Positions 10,901-23,029 of a stretch of 64,000 nucleotides of DNA are shown here, one piece after another (within the stretch, counting starts at the first letter, position 1; every line of letters begins with the position of its first letter). The translations under genes were made by a program, and so were the position numbers. A model generated the notes under the pieces. That model saw only the letters and a list, made by a program, of their open reading frames with translations, did no database searches and was not told where the DNA came from. The DNA is from Camelus ferus (taxonomy: Eukaryota), in the NCBI RefSeq assembly GCF_009834535.1, contig NC_045720.1, forward strand, positions 372,001 to 436,000, read 5' to 3'.

Positions 10901-13900
10901 GCCTCTGGGGGTGGCTGGGTGCATAGTAGCTTGAGAGCTTGCTCTCTGGCCCCCAGACACCACCCTGTGCCTCCAGGGCAGCCTTCGCGGAGGTGAAGCA
11001 GACATAGCTATATGGTTGGGCTTGTTCCCCTACGCCCTAATCCGAGCCCCTGGCCCCACGGTGTCGGCTCCCCACATGCCGTGCACATCACACCACCTGG
11101 GTTGGGAAACTGTCTCTGGGGTCAGACCAGGGCACTCATGCAAATGGTTCTTCCGGTGGCCTGCGTTAGGTCAGGCTTGGTCAGGACTACAGCAGGCACA
11201 GCAGGTGTTGGCTTTGATGTTCTCCGTGTGGGTGTTAGGTATGTCCTTGATGACTGGCCTGACAAGGTCTGCAGCCACCTTCCAGAGTCCTGGGTGGGCA
11301 TGCAGCAGGCAACTAGGCAGCGGTAGGAAGGCTGGAGTTGTGGCAGGGACACTCAGACAGGAGTTCAGTGCTGGAGCAGTTGGTGGGCAGCTTGTACTGG
11401 CCCCTGTTCTGAATGCAGGCAGTGTGATCTGGTTCCTCTGCCTTCTTTAGGGGAGGCCCAGCCTCAGTTGATGGTGCCTGAAGTGTTGCAGCCACAGCCT
11501 GATCCCTGACACCCCTCCCAAGCTCTCTCCTAGCCCTTCACACAAGGCCCAATGTGTCTTCCGTGAGACAAGCCTGGCCTTGACCCTACTGGTGTCAGCC
11601 GAGGCCCTGAGCTGTGGTCCAGACTCTCCCACCCCGACCTAGTTCTCAGCCAGGAAAGCTCCTTGTGACACCTATCAGTGGAGGAGTAGTCAGGGGGCCT
11701 CTGTCATAGAATGTGGCACCAACTGGCCTTCCAGCCCCTCTGCCCACCGTTCCTGGGCTGAGACCTGGGCCCTGCCCCTCCAGCCCATTGATCCTGTGCC
11801 TCTTCTGCCCAGTGCCCTCTCCCTTTCCCTGCCCACTCTGTCCTCTTCCTTGTGGCCCCACTGAGGTGCTGTGGTGGTCTTCTCTCCTGGCTGCAGGATA
11901 CCTGTCCCATCCTACCAGCCTGGGGCACTTGCCACTGTGCCCAGTGGGAGGATTGGGGATGACCTGCTGTACCTCCCACCCCTAAGGTCCCTGTCCCCCA
12001 GGACTCGGCTCAGCCCGTTGGGCTGGTTACCTGATCGGCAGTCACATTGGTAAAAGGCCCAGAAAGCAGAGGAGGCCCTGGCCAATGTAGGCACATGCCT
12101 TGGGGAGCCTCCAAGCACACTTTCTTGGCATCTGTCAGCCTGCCTGGTACTGCGGGCTCCGGTCAAAGTAATGTTTAAGAAATCTCTGATGGGGCTGCCC
12201 ACCCACAGGACCTGGAATCCTCTTCCCCAGCTCTGAGACTATGGCTGGCTCATGCTTTGAGATGAAAAAGGTAGCAGAAAAGAGCTTTGAAAATGTATTT
12301 GCTTAGCTATCCAAAACAAGGACAGAGAGGAGAAATTTTCTGGACTCTGGCTAGATGAGAAGTGTCTTTGTGGTGGATGTTTGTCATTTGAGTTACCTTT
12401 CAATCTGGGCAGCACTTAGGTCCTGAGCAGGAACCTGACTCTGCGGGTTTGACTGGTCCCCACCCAAGTCCTGGCCCTCCGGGTGGTGTGACATCAGAAC
12501 CGCTGGCCCAGGACTTCACACTCAAAACCTGTGCAGGGTTGGAGTCCTGGCTTCACCTGAGATAGCCGTGCATCTTGGACACTGCATGGTCCCTTCTTGG
12601 TCCCTTAATGAAAGAAGGAGGTTGAGGAAACCTCAGGCTGAGCATGCAGAGTGTGGGGTGCCATGCGGCCCTCTTGGGCCTGGTGACGGGGGAACTCCCC
12701 CTGGGGTGAGGGGCACTGTTGGGGTTGGTGCCCTCAGCTGTGCTGTGAAGGGCGGGCTGCTCATGTGGGTCTGGGCGCGGAGCCTTCCTTTAGTGATAAA
12801 GAGTAGAGTATGGGAGGGGGGCAGGGTTTGAGGCATTCCAAGCCTGAAAGGCCTACTGATTGAGGACCTGGCCCCCAGAAGCTGGGGACATTTTCTAGGA
12901 ACTGCTTTTGTTCCAAGACCTGATGGCTAGGGCTCCTCTTCAGGAGTCCAGATGATTTTTTCAGCTCCCGCAGGGGAGAAGCTGGTTCAGATGGAGACTC
13001 CGGGCATGCACAGCCTGGGTGTCCATTAGCTGCCTGTGGCCAGGCAGACAGAGGGACTGCTGGGTGATGTCCTATGCGGGCAGGTACAAATGCCCATTTC
13101 TGGGCCATTTGCAGAGGGGCTTGGTTGGGGCTGGAGAACCCAAGGATAGGGGAGTGTTGTTGAAATCATAGACTTGTGCCTGGAGTTCTTTCTGAGGCTC
13201 TGCAAGCGGGGGGGATCTGCTGGGTGATTACCAGGGAGGGCAGTGGCCCTGTGCCCTCTGTGCTAGGGGCCAAGCTGCAGTGCTGCTTACATCGTCCCAT
13301 CCCACCTCTTCAGCACCTAAGAAGACTGGTCCTGTCCTCGCTGCTGTTTGTGCATGAGGAAGTTGAAGCTCTGTTAGAAAGGTGACCAGCCTGAGGTCAT
13401 GCTGCTGGAGACCTGTGGGTCCAGCCAGCATCTGTGCTTGGAGGGCCTGGAAGGCCCTGCAGTGTTGTCCTGGGTTGTGGAGCCCCTCTCCCTACTCCTC
13501 CCCGTCACAGGGGTCTTCCCGCAAGGCGGTGGGAAGACAGCCTGGCCTGCACAGCAGGACCTGCTCTCAGGGGCCCAGGCTCTTGGGGGCTTGGCCCTAG
13601 CGTCTAGTAAGGCACTCGGGCCTGCCCTGGCTGGTGCTGTCCATCAGAGGCTTGGTGTGCGACTGGTGCCAGGCAGAGTTCTCTGGGGCCCAGCTTCTGG
13701 CTGGGCAAATCGGGGCAGGTACCAGGGCAGGACTGTACCATCCAGCCCGACCTCTGCAGGGATGGCCCTTACTGCCCTGGGCCAGGTCTGCATGCAGAGT
13801 TGGGTCTTGCTTGTGAGGCCAGGGGGCCTGGCTGGTGGGGAAGGCTACTGAGTATGGTGACTATCTACTATGGACAGATCACCTGGGCTGGGTGTCTGCT

Positions 13901-16900
13901 GGGGCCAAGGCAGCCACCTGGTGACCACCCAGAGAGCGTCCCTTGCAGGGCTGGTAAGGGTGAGCTGCATGTGGACGTTAGCTGGTCCCTCTGCCAGACT
14001 GGCAGCACTTGGGGCATCTTGCTTGTTCACCACGTTCCGACGCAGAGCTGAGCTGCTGGGGCTGAAGGGGCAGTGACCCTGCCTCTCCCCGGAGTGCAGG
14101 GGAGGGCAGGTGCCATACTACCTGAGCCTTTGTTGGGTCTGGAGGCTCCTAGAAGCTCGGTGGGGCCTGGCCCAGGAGCTTGGGTGTCCCTGCAGCCCCC
14201 AGGCTCTAAGGAGAGGCCTGGCAGGAGGGGTACCCAGTCCACTCCAGAGCAGTGGGCTTTCAGGGCAGTGCTGGGAGGTCAGCAGTCACACATTTGGCTG
14301 CCTCTGAGTCCCCTCAGGAGGTCCCTGGACTCCATCCCAAGTCTCCCTCCCTCAGGCCCAGGGCCTGGCTGGGCCACATGGAGACAGGAGAGACCCCTGT
14401 GGGTCGGGCCCTGCCTGGGCAGTATCTCATCAAGAGGCATGTAGAACTGGAGCTGGCCACGTGGAACAGTGGGGGGTCCCCAGGCCCTGGGGGAGTGTCT
14501 GAGTGTCGGTGTCCTGCAGGCCCTGGCACGGTTCTTGGTGTCCTGCCTGGCTTCCTCACTGGGACTTCACCAGGCAGCAGGTACCACTTCCTTCCCTGCC
14601 TTATAGAAGCTGTAGTTGTAGCCCTTGCTTTACCTCTGTCCCTTGGCCAGGGCTCTGAGAGGAGGTATGACCGGGGCTCTTGTTCTGTACCTCCCACGGG
14701 GCGGCAACAGCCTCTGGTGTCCATGTCCCCCTCCCCTCCCCTCCCCTCCGAGTCTCTGGCTTCTCCACTGACCTTCAGGGTGGGACGGGATAGGCTGCTT
14801 TCCTCCCTGACCGCTCTCAGAACCAGCCTCACTCCCCCACCTCAGCCAGCCAGCTCACCTTCCTCCTCTTGTACGTTTTCAGTTTTGAACTGACTTAGGA
14901 ATTGAGATTTGAGTGCAGCTAGACTGTGGCATTTGTGCAGATGTGGCTTCTGTGAATGAAGCCTTTGTCCCCAGCCCCGCCGTTCCTGCTATCGGTCTTC
15001 AGCACACAGGTCACATCCCTCACTAGACCCCAAGCACTGCCCATGGGTGCTGAGAGCTCACTCAGCCTCCTCCAGCCCTCAGCTCAGGGTGCGCGGACCC
15101 CTGAGGCAATGGGGTGGAAGCTGGTGTATTCGAGGCCCCCATCATGTACGGGCTTGGCCAGGCAGTGGCCCGGTGAGTCTTTCTGCCACCCTGTATCCCA
15201 CTCAGAAGGGTCCTGGGCCCCGAGGACGTCTGTAGCCCAGTGGCTTTCTAGAGGTTTGCATGGCTGGTGGGGCCTGTGGAAGCGTGGCCTGCCTGCTCAC
15301 CGGTCTCCCACTGGAGATCCAGTGCCCTCAGTGGGTTCCTGCGCACCCCGCCCAGGACTCCCTGGGCTCTGTGAGACTCCTTTGCCTGCCGCCCTCAGCA
15401 GCCCCTGGGGTGGGCCTGGGGGACTGTCTACCCCAGAGGACCCTTGGCTCAAGCCTTTGCTCTTGCACCTCTGGTCCCCACGGGGGCCCCTCCTCCCCCA
15501 GCCCTGTCAGCCCCTGCGGGGCCAGGCCCACTGCCCCTGGGTGTCTCCCAGCAGCACCAGGTGGGTGCTCAGGGCGTGCGTGTGGACAGTGAGACACCCT
15601 GGGTAGCTAAGCTGGCAGCCTGTTATCCCCGCAGGCCAGGACCCCCAGTGGGAGGGTACGGGCAGCAACACCCCCTGCCTGCAGCCCCCATCCCCACCTC
15701 CCACAGGCAGGCCCTGCCCACATGCCCTTGTCCTGGGTCTCCCCACCTGCCACAACTGTGTCACTGGGGAGCCAGCCTCACCGGGTAGGTGGCAGCTGCC
15801 TTCTCACCTGTGCTGGCTGGGGAGGCCGATATGGAGGGGCCAGGCTGGGGGTTGACCTGAGCCAGGGAGGGGGTGTAGGAAGACTCTGCTGCCCACTCAG
15901 CTGTGTGCTGAGGGCCACTGCCGCGCCTGGCTGAGTGCCCCCATTCCTGTAGACGTCCCCGTCAGGCTCTGTGGGGGACTCCTGGCCCCAGGATGGGAAA
16001 AGGCCAGGCCCCCAGCCCCAGTGTGCTCAAAGCAGTCTCCGCCAGCGGGCCTACCTTTATGAAGGGCTGTAACCTCTGCAAGCCGACAAGGGCCACCCTC
16101 AAGACACCCCCTCCACCGGGGCCCCACCAGCTGAGCCTGCAGCGCTCCAGGAGAGAGGTCTGGCTCTCCTGTCAAACACCGGCACACCTGGGGCCCTTCG
16201 TGCAGTTGGAGCCCTGGGCCGGCCAGCGGAGGGTGGGGAGGAGGGGGCGCGTGCGGCTGTGCAAGTCCCGCAGGTCTGTGAGCTTCATCTCCCTTTCCTT
16301 CTTCGCAGTGTACTAACGGTCACTTGATGTGCGCTGGCTGTTTTATCCACCTACTAGCAGATGCCCGGCTGAAGGAGGAGCAGGCCACGTGCCCCAACTG
16401 TCGTTGCGAGATCAGCAAGAGCCTCTGCTGCCGCAACCTGGCCGTGGAGAAGGCCGTGAGTGAGCTGCCCTCCGAGTGTGGCTTCTGCCTGTGCCAGTTC
16501 CCCCGCTCCCTCCTGGAGAGACACCAGAAAGAGGAGTGCCAGGACAGGTAACTGGCAGATCCTTCCATGCCCACAGCCTGGCGACAACCTTGCAGGGCTG
16601 GCCACGTGAAGCTGCTCAGAGCCTGGGCTGATGGGGGTGGTGGGCACGAGGCCCCCCAGAACAGCACTGGGATCTGTAGCCAGTGTGTGTCTGGACATCA
16701 CCCTGGCCCTCCAGGGTTCTTCCTGGCAGTGTGGTGGCCTCTTAGACACTGTCCTTGCATTCTTGGGCCAGGAGAGCGTGGCTGGCACAGGCGCTCTGGA
16801 AGTGAGTTGTGAGGCCGCACTGGCACCCCCGCCTGGCTGGTGGACACTGCTGCCTGCCGGCAGGGCCCAGCTGCCAAGCCACACGTGGACCAGAGTGGTG

Positions 16901-19325
16901 TGGGCTCCACCGTGGTCAGTGGCAGCTGTCGCCAAGCAGGAGAGAGACTTCACGACGCAGCCCCCATGCGCTCCTTCTCAGTCTCTGCCACACGTGCTCT
17001 GAGCCCTTCCTGGGGTGGCACACAGGGACTGTGCCCTTCAGGGGAGGTTTGTGAGAGCAGGGCTGGGTGGAGGCCCCCCTTTGGAGGACCCCTGGGCGCA
17101 GCCACCTACCATGGGGCGCAGGCGTGACCACCGTGCTTGCCTCCTCCCCAGGGTCACCCAGTGCAAGTACAAGCGCATCGGCTGCCCATGGCACGGCCCT
17201 TTCCACGAGCTGACGGTGCATGAGGCCGCGTGCGCCCACCCAACCAAGACGGGCAACGAGCTGATGGAGATCCTGGATGAGATGGACCAGAGCCACCGCA
17301 GGGAGATGCAGCTGTACAACAGCATCTTCAGCCTGCTCAGCTTTGAGAAGATCGGCTACACAGGTGAGGGCCGCCGCCCACTGCAAACCACACATGTCGG
17401 GGTGGGGCCCGGCCGCCAGAGGCATGGGGGAGAGCAGGCTCCGGGCAGTGGGCACAGTTGTACCAGGTGGACAGGCTCCGCTGCAGGGGAGAAGGTGGGC
17501 TGGAGGCTGGGCATGGAAGGGGCCACCAGGACCCTTGGGGGAAGCTGCATGGCTCTCACAGAGGCCCCTCCCCCTGTCCTCCCAACCCCAGCCCTGCCAT
17601 CCCAGCAAGGCAATGTCCTTATTGCGTGGGGCAGCACAGCCTTGGGACGGTCAGGGTCTGACCAGGAAGTGAGTGTGTCTTGTGGGGTCTGGGAGCTGGG
17701 GGCCCGCCCCTCGGAGCCAGGGGCAAGAAGAGTACTTGACGTCGCGTCCTGCCTACAGGCGGTTACTGCAGTGGCTGTGGGCCTCCTGAGGCCAGCGAGA
17801 AGACAGTCAGGGCCAGGGCTCCAGAACGAGCCAAGGGTCCCCAAGTCGAGCTGCAGAGCTGGGCGTGGACGCCCCGAGATGGGCAGGCTGGACTGCACCC
17901 AGGCCCACTGGATCTCTTGGGCTCTCCTGGCCACCACTACTGCCTTTGGACACGCTGGGGAGCAGGAGTCAGGCCAGAAGCTGGTCTAGACACAGAGAAC
18001 AGCAAGAAGCACCTGCTGTCGCTGGAGCTGCTGGGGGTATTCTGGTCCTCTCCTGCCCAGCCCACGCCAGGCGGCCGGCTCAGAGCATCAAGGGCAGCCA
18101 CAGGCAGCAGTCACACCATGCTGCCTGGACTGGGCCTGGCGAGGTGTAGGCCTGTGTAGGCCCCAGAGGCTGAGGGCCTGGGGCCTCAGCAGCAAAAGGC
18201 CACGGCCCTTGATTAGTCGTAGCCTCAGCCATCCTGGTGGGCAGCGTATCACAGACAGTCCAGGCCAGGCCTCGAGGGTCCGGGCAGGCCGAGGCATCGT
18301 GACTGCAATGGCAGCCGGGCAGAAACAACTGGCCACCTCCGTGGAGTGACTCGCAGGCCATGGGCCGTGCTGAGAGGACAGTGTGACAGCAGTCGCCCAC
18401 TGACGGGCAGGCCTGCGGCCGGCTGGCAGAGCCCAGCATTGGGCCAGACACTGGCACTCCGCCTCACAGCCCAGCGCAGGCTTGGGTGCCACGCGCCAGC
18501 CCTCCTGCCGGCTTTTCTGGCAGCTCTGTATCAGAACCAATAAAGTGCACTTGTTCTCAGAACTGCATCCTGTCTGTGTGTCTGCTTACCCACGCCCCTG
18601 GGGCGGGGCCTCTCCCTCTGCTGGGCCTTGAGGGGTGGCAAGGAGGGAGGCCAGTAGGGGCCCGGCAGGGCCAGCCGCTCACCTCTCGCAGCCTCTGGAC
18701 TCCATGCAGCTAATGCGTGTCACTTCTGTTTATAGTCGTTTCCCCCAAGCTTGTGTGCGCCTCCGTTTGCCATAATCGCGTTTGACTTGCCTTGTGCCAA
18801 GTAGAGCGCATGGTGTCCTGGTAAGTTGCCTTCCTCCCTGGCTGGGCCTGTGTCCTCAGCCGGTCGGGAAGGCGCCACCACCCGGCCCTGCCCGCTCTGA
18901 CTGCCGGCCCTCCCGGCCTGTCTGTCTCCACAGAGGTCCAGTTCCGGCCCTACCGCACGGATGACTTCATCACGCGCCTGTACTACGAGACACCGCGGTT
19001 CACGGTGCTGAACCAGACGTGGGTCCTGAAGGCACGTGTGAACGACTCGGAGCGCAACCCCAACCTGTCCTGCAAGCGCACGCTCTCCTTCCAGCTGCTC
19101 CTCAAGAGCAAGGCCACGGCGCCGCTGGAGTGCTCCTTCCTGCTGCTCAAGGGCCCATACGACGATGTGAAGATCAGCCCCGTCATCTATCACTTCGTCT
19201 TCACCAACGAGAGCAACGAGACGGACTACGTGCCGCTGCCCATCGTCGACTCTGTGGAGTGCAACAAGCTGCTGGCCGCCAAGAACATCAACCTGCGGCT
19301 CTTCCTGTTCCAGATACAGAAGTAG
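7910..19325 (+). CDS. ZFTRAF1: Zinc finger TRAF-type-containing protein 1 / cysteine and histidine-rich protein 1 (CYHR1), 398 aa, 4 coding exons
   Basis: Exons 7910-8263 ([11 protein letters not shown]...PPKKRLR...[15 protein letters not shown]), 16309-16547 ([11 protein letters not shown]...CPNCRC), 17152-17363 ([15 protein letters not shown]...EKIGYT) and 18934-19325 ([18 protein letters not shown]...LFLFQIQK*). All introns are GT-AG and the 1197 nt are in frame. Confidence 0.96.
18539..18544 (+). terminator. Intronic polyadenylation signal in ZFTRAF1 intron 3
   Basis: AATAAA with upstream TGTA (18527-18530) and downstream GT-rich TGTCTGTGTGTCTG (about 18571-18584). Confidence 0.6.
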
Positions 19326-19670
19326 GCAGCCCGCGGTGCTGCCCACACCGCCGGTGGCAGCTTCGCAGTGCAGGCGACCACTGCAGCGACGAGGGAGAAG
19401 GAACAGAAGGGAACCTTGGGACGTCTGCATGCGTGTGTGAAGGTGTGAGCGCTCATGCCTCGCCCTCCGCCCCACCTCCCCTGTCCCGGGCACTGGAGGC
19501 TGGGCCACCGCAGAGGAGACGCTGCTGGGGACCCGAGAGGCCCAGTGCGGCACAGCGGCCCTGCCTCAGACCCCATGCGCAGTGCAGTGGGCCACACGCC
19601 TGCTCTGGGCCACACACGGCTCCTGGGCCGGGCTCGGGGGCACTGACCTCAGACGGCATATTTGATTGCA

Positions 19671-19676
19671 ATTAAA
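19671..19676 (+). terminator. Candidate proximal polyadenylation signal of ZFTRAF1
   Basis: ATTAAA about 345 nt after the stop, followed by a T-rich tract (TTGTTTCCTACTTTCTGTTTTGTT). Confidence 0.5.
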
Positions 19677-21716
19677 AAGGCACCCTTGTTTCCTACTTTC
19701 TGTTTTGTTCAAGGGAAAGGCGTGGCTGTAATCAGACAGCATGGGGTCTTTGGTTTGGCTGGGGGTCAGAGTCTATCCATCCCTGTTATTGCACCTTCCT
19801 GCCCCGCACCCTCAGGAGAGACTTGGAGACCCTGCCCCCTCTGATGGGCCTGGGCAGGGGAGCAGGCGGGGTCAGGGGTCTCAGCAACCCCAGCATACTG
19901 CCAGGGAGGCAGGGCTTGGCCACCAGGGCTCAGCAGACTTTTTGGAATGCAGGGTGATTTTTCTGTCTCTTCCCAGGAAAAAAATTAAACTCTTTACAGG
20001 CTCTTTTATAAGTTATGCACATTTAGCAAGAGAGAATCTATCTTCTGTAGTCTCAAGGTGCAGTGTCCATAGGATGTGAGGCAAGTTCTGGGGTCTGCTG
20101 GCAGTGAGCAAGGCCTGGCTGAGCCAGGGTCTGAGTGGTCCAGCTGCCCCCAGGCTGCTCTCGGCAACCAGCTGCTGGTCCTGCGTCCAGGGCTCTGTGT
20201 GGAGGTCAGCGCTCATCAGTGGTTTCTCACCTGAGGGAGGGGGGCCCCTAGGGCAGTCATGAGCAGGCCCAGTGGGGTCCTCACACAGGGAAGGAGCCCG
20301 GCCCTGGGAGCTACTAGGGAAGGGAGAGCTTGGGCCCTTGCTTAGGAGACCAGGCTCTCCTATGAGAGCTTTTTGTACTGTGAGAGCAGTACAAAAGAAC
20401 TGCTTCCTTCACCCCTGGCCAAGCCACCCCATGTTCAGAGCAGCCACCCCACCCCCGTCACCTCGGGCCTGCAGACTCAATGGGCAGGGCGGCCCTGGCC
20501 TGTCTCATGGCTCCTCTCTCTCCAGGCCCTGGAGGTGGGAGCTTCAAAGTGGTGTGAGGGAGCTGTGGGGAGTGGGAGCCTCACCTTGGTTACTCGGAGA
20601 AGCCTGTATGGATTCCTGTTCCCCACCCAGTGCATAGGACTCGCGGGCTCCCCTCCCGCAAGGCCGACTCAGCCCAGCCACTGTGGGGACCAGGAGGTGC
20701 TGCGCTTGGTTCCCTGCCCCTACAAAGAACAAGCCCAGCCTTGGGGCAAAGCTGTCTGACTTGGGCACGCCCTGGTCTTGTCCCCCTGCCCTCAGGCGGC
20801 CTGCCATCTGCAGGCACAGAGGACGACATTCAGGTGAACACTGGCTGGGTCTCCTGTGGGGGCTGGCACCCTGTCACACATCTCCATGTCTGTTGGGGAC
20901 GGATGCCCTCTCTGGAGTTTCTGGATTCCAGAGTGACTGTATTTTGAGGGAAGCTGGGGCAGAGGTAGGCTTGCTAGTCTGCATGTGTTTGAGCGAGCCT
21001 GAAAGAGATGGAGTCAGCAGAGGGGCTCCCAGCAGTGCTGGTGGGCTGGGCAGGTTAAGGTATGTGGCTGCAGAGAGGGCCAGGCAGGGGTAGGGAGGAA
21101 CCTGGTCTGCAGGCCTCCTTGGCCCTGTCTCAGTCCTGGTCCAGCAGCCCTGAGTGCGGGAGGTGGGGGGGGCCTGGGGCTTGGTGCTGCAGCACCAGGG
21201 TCAGCCACAGGCTGGGGCCCCGCGGTCCAGTGCCTCCAGCTGCCCAAGAGCCTGTGTGAGAGGGGGCTGGCGCCCAGGTGAGGCCCTACCCATAGGGGTG
21301 TAGGTGTGGGTCACGGGGCAGAGGGCGCCTGAGAAGACCGCTGATATGCCTGGCAGAGTCTCCGCCTGTGACAGCGACCTCAGCTGCTGAGCCTTGTGAC
21401 CTGGTGGAACTGGGCACCCTGGGCGCTGTAATATACCTTGGCCACTGCTGGGGGCTGGTGCCATAAACCTCCCTGTGGCATCTCACTGGGAGTCACTGGC
21501 TTACTGGGGGATGTCCCAATAAGGAGACACCAGTGGTCTGTCTCCACGGCCCCATGCCATCTGGGCAGCCTGACCGAGGGGTTGGGAAGCACGCTTGGCA
21601 GATGTGAGGGAGGCCTGGGAGCACAGGTCAAGCCAGCCCCTTCCCCCTCTCCCCCTCACTTCCAGGTAAGCACTACATCTCTCTCAGTTCACCCAAAGTG
21701 AGACATTTACAAAAAT

Positions 21717-21722
21717 AATAAA
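21717..21722 (+). terminator. Candidate distal polyadenylation signal of ZFTRAF1
   Basis: AATAAA in an AT-rich island followed by T/GT-rich sequence, before the TONSL promoter. Confidence 0.45.
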
Positions 21723-23029
21723 AATAACTTTTTAAAGAGTGGAGTGAAGAGGTGTTTTTGCCACTGTCATAACTGACTTAACACGTTGCTTTTGTGGTCT
21801 GTATTCTCTTTGGATATTTTCTTTTTGTTTGTAACTACAGTTTTAAGAAAGTTCCAAACCACCTCTTGTTTGTGTTTCCTTACAAGAAGACAGCCTCCCT
21901 TTGGATGGCTTCCCTGGGCTCTGACAGCCTCCCTACCCGGGGTCAGCTGCTGCCCCTGCAAGGCCCCACTCTGTGGCCTCCCTACCTGGGCTTCCAAATC
22001 TTGTTCCCTGTCTGACCAGAGGGGAAACTGAGGCACGGAGTTGGGTCCTCTCCGAAGGAGAATCAGGCCCCAGGACCTGGACTGTCCTGTGAATGCTGGT
22101 GCTGAAGGGGTGCCTGCTCAGTCCCCAGGGGCCCTGGGGGGGGTGCCTCCACCTGCAGCCCATTCAGCTGAGACAGTCTCTGCTCCCCCATCCCCACCCG
22201 CCTCCACCCTCAGCCTCATTACGCCCCTCGCACCTCACCAGCCTGCCCACCAGGCCTTGGTTTCAGGGCCTCCCTGTCCTGCCCCTGGGTCCCCGGGACA
22301 AAAGAGCACCACACCCTTCAAGAGGCAAAGAGGAGCGCCAGACACCTGCAGTCATCTTCGCACCTCCTGCAGTTCCTCAAGCTTGGCCTTCCTCCCCCAC
22401 TCCCAACCCTTTCGGCCATACACTGGCCCTGGGCAGCCTTCCCCAGACCTGGGGACCACTGGCCCTCCCCGTTACTCCCTCCAGAACAGGCCTTGCTACA
22501 CATCCACTGGATGAGAGTTTTACCCCATTGGGTCTGTTTCCATTTCCACAGAGAATAAAACTGCCCATCTCCCACTCCCTTTGAACCTCCTCTGGGGCCT
22601 CTGGGGCGCCGGCACTGACACCTGGGGCCCAGGGCCTGGCAACAGGGCAGGGGCAGGGCCCCAAAGCCCCGCAAGTGCTTGATTCTCTAGGTGCAGGGGC
22701 AGGACAGGCATTTAGAGGTCAGGGACCTGGTGCACCACCTCCCCCGAGCTCTACATCTCTCCGAGCTCCTGGACTGAGAAGTCCGGGTCACATCGCTGGG
22801 GGCCGAGAGCCCACTGTCTTCACGCACTCAGCACAAAGCAGTTCTGCAGTTCTAACGCGCGGACGCCGACTTTTCCAAGAACACAACAGCACTTGCTATG
22901 GTCATTTTGGAAGACGCAGCCCTTTTTCCCCTGACAGCCCTGGGGGCTGGAGTCCCCACGTGTGACGACCGTGGCCTGCTCCCTGCTGTCCCGCAGGTTC
23001 TGGGATGGAGGCGCCTGTGACTATGCCCA

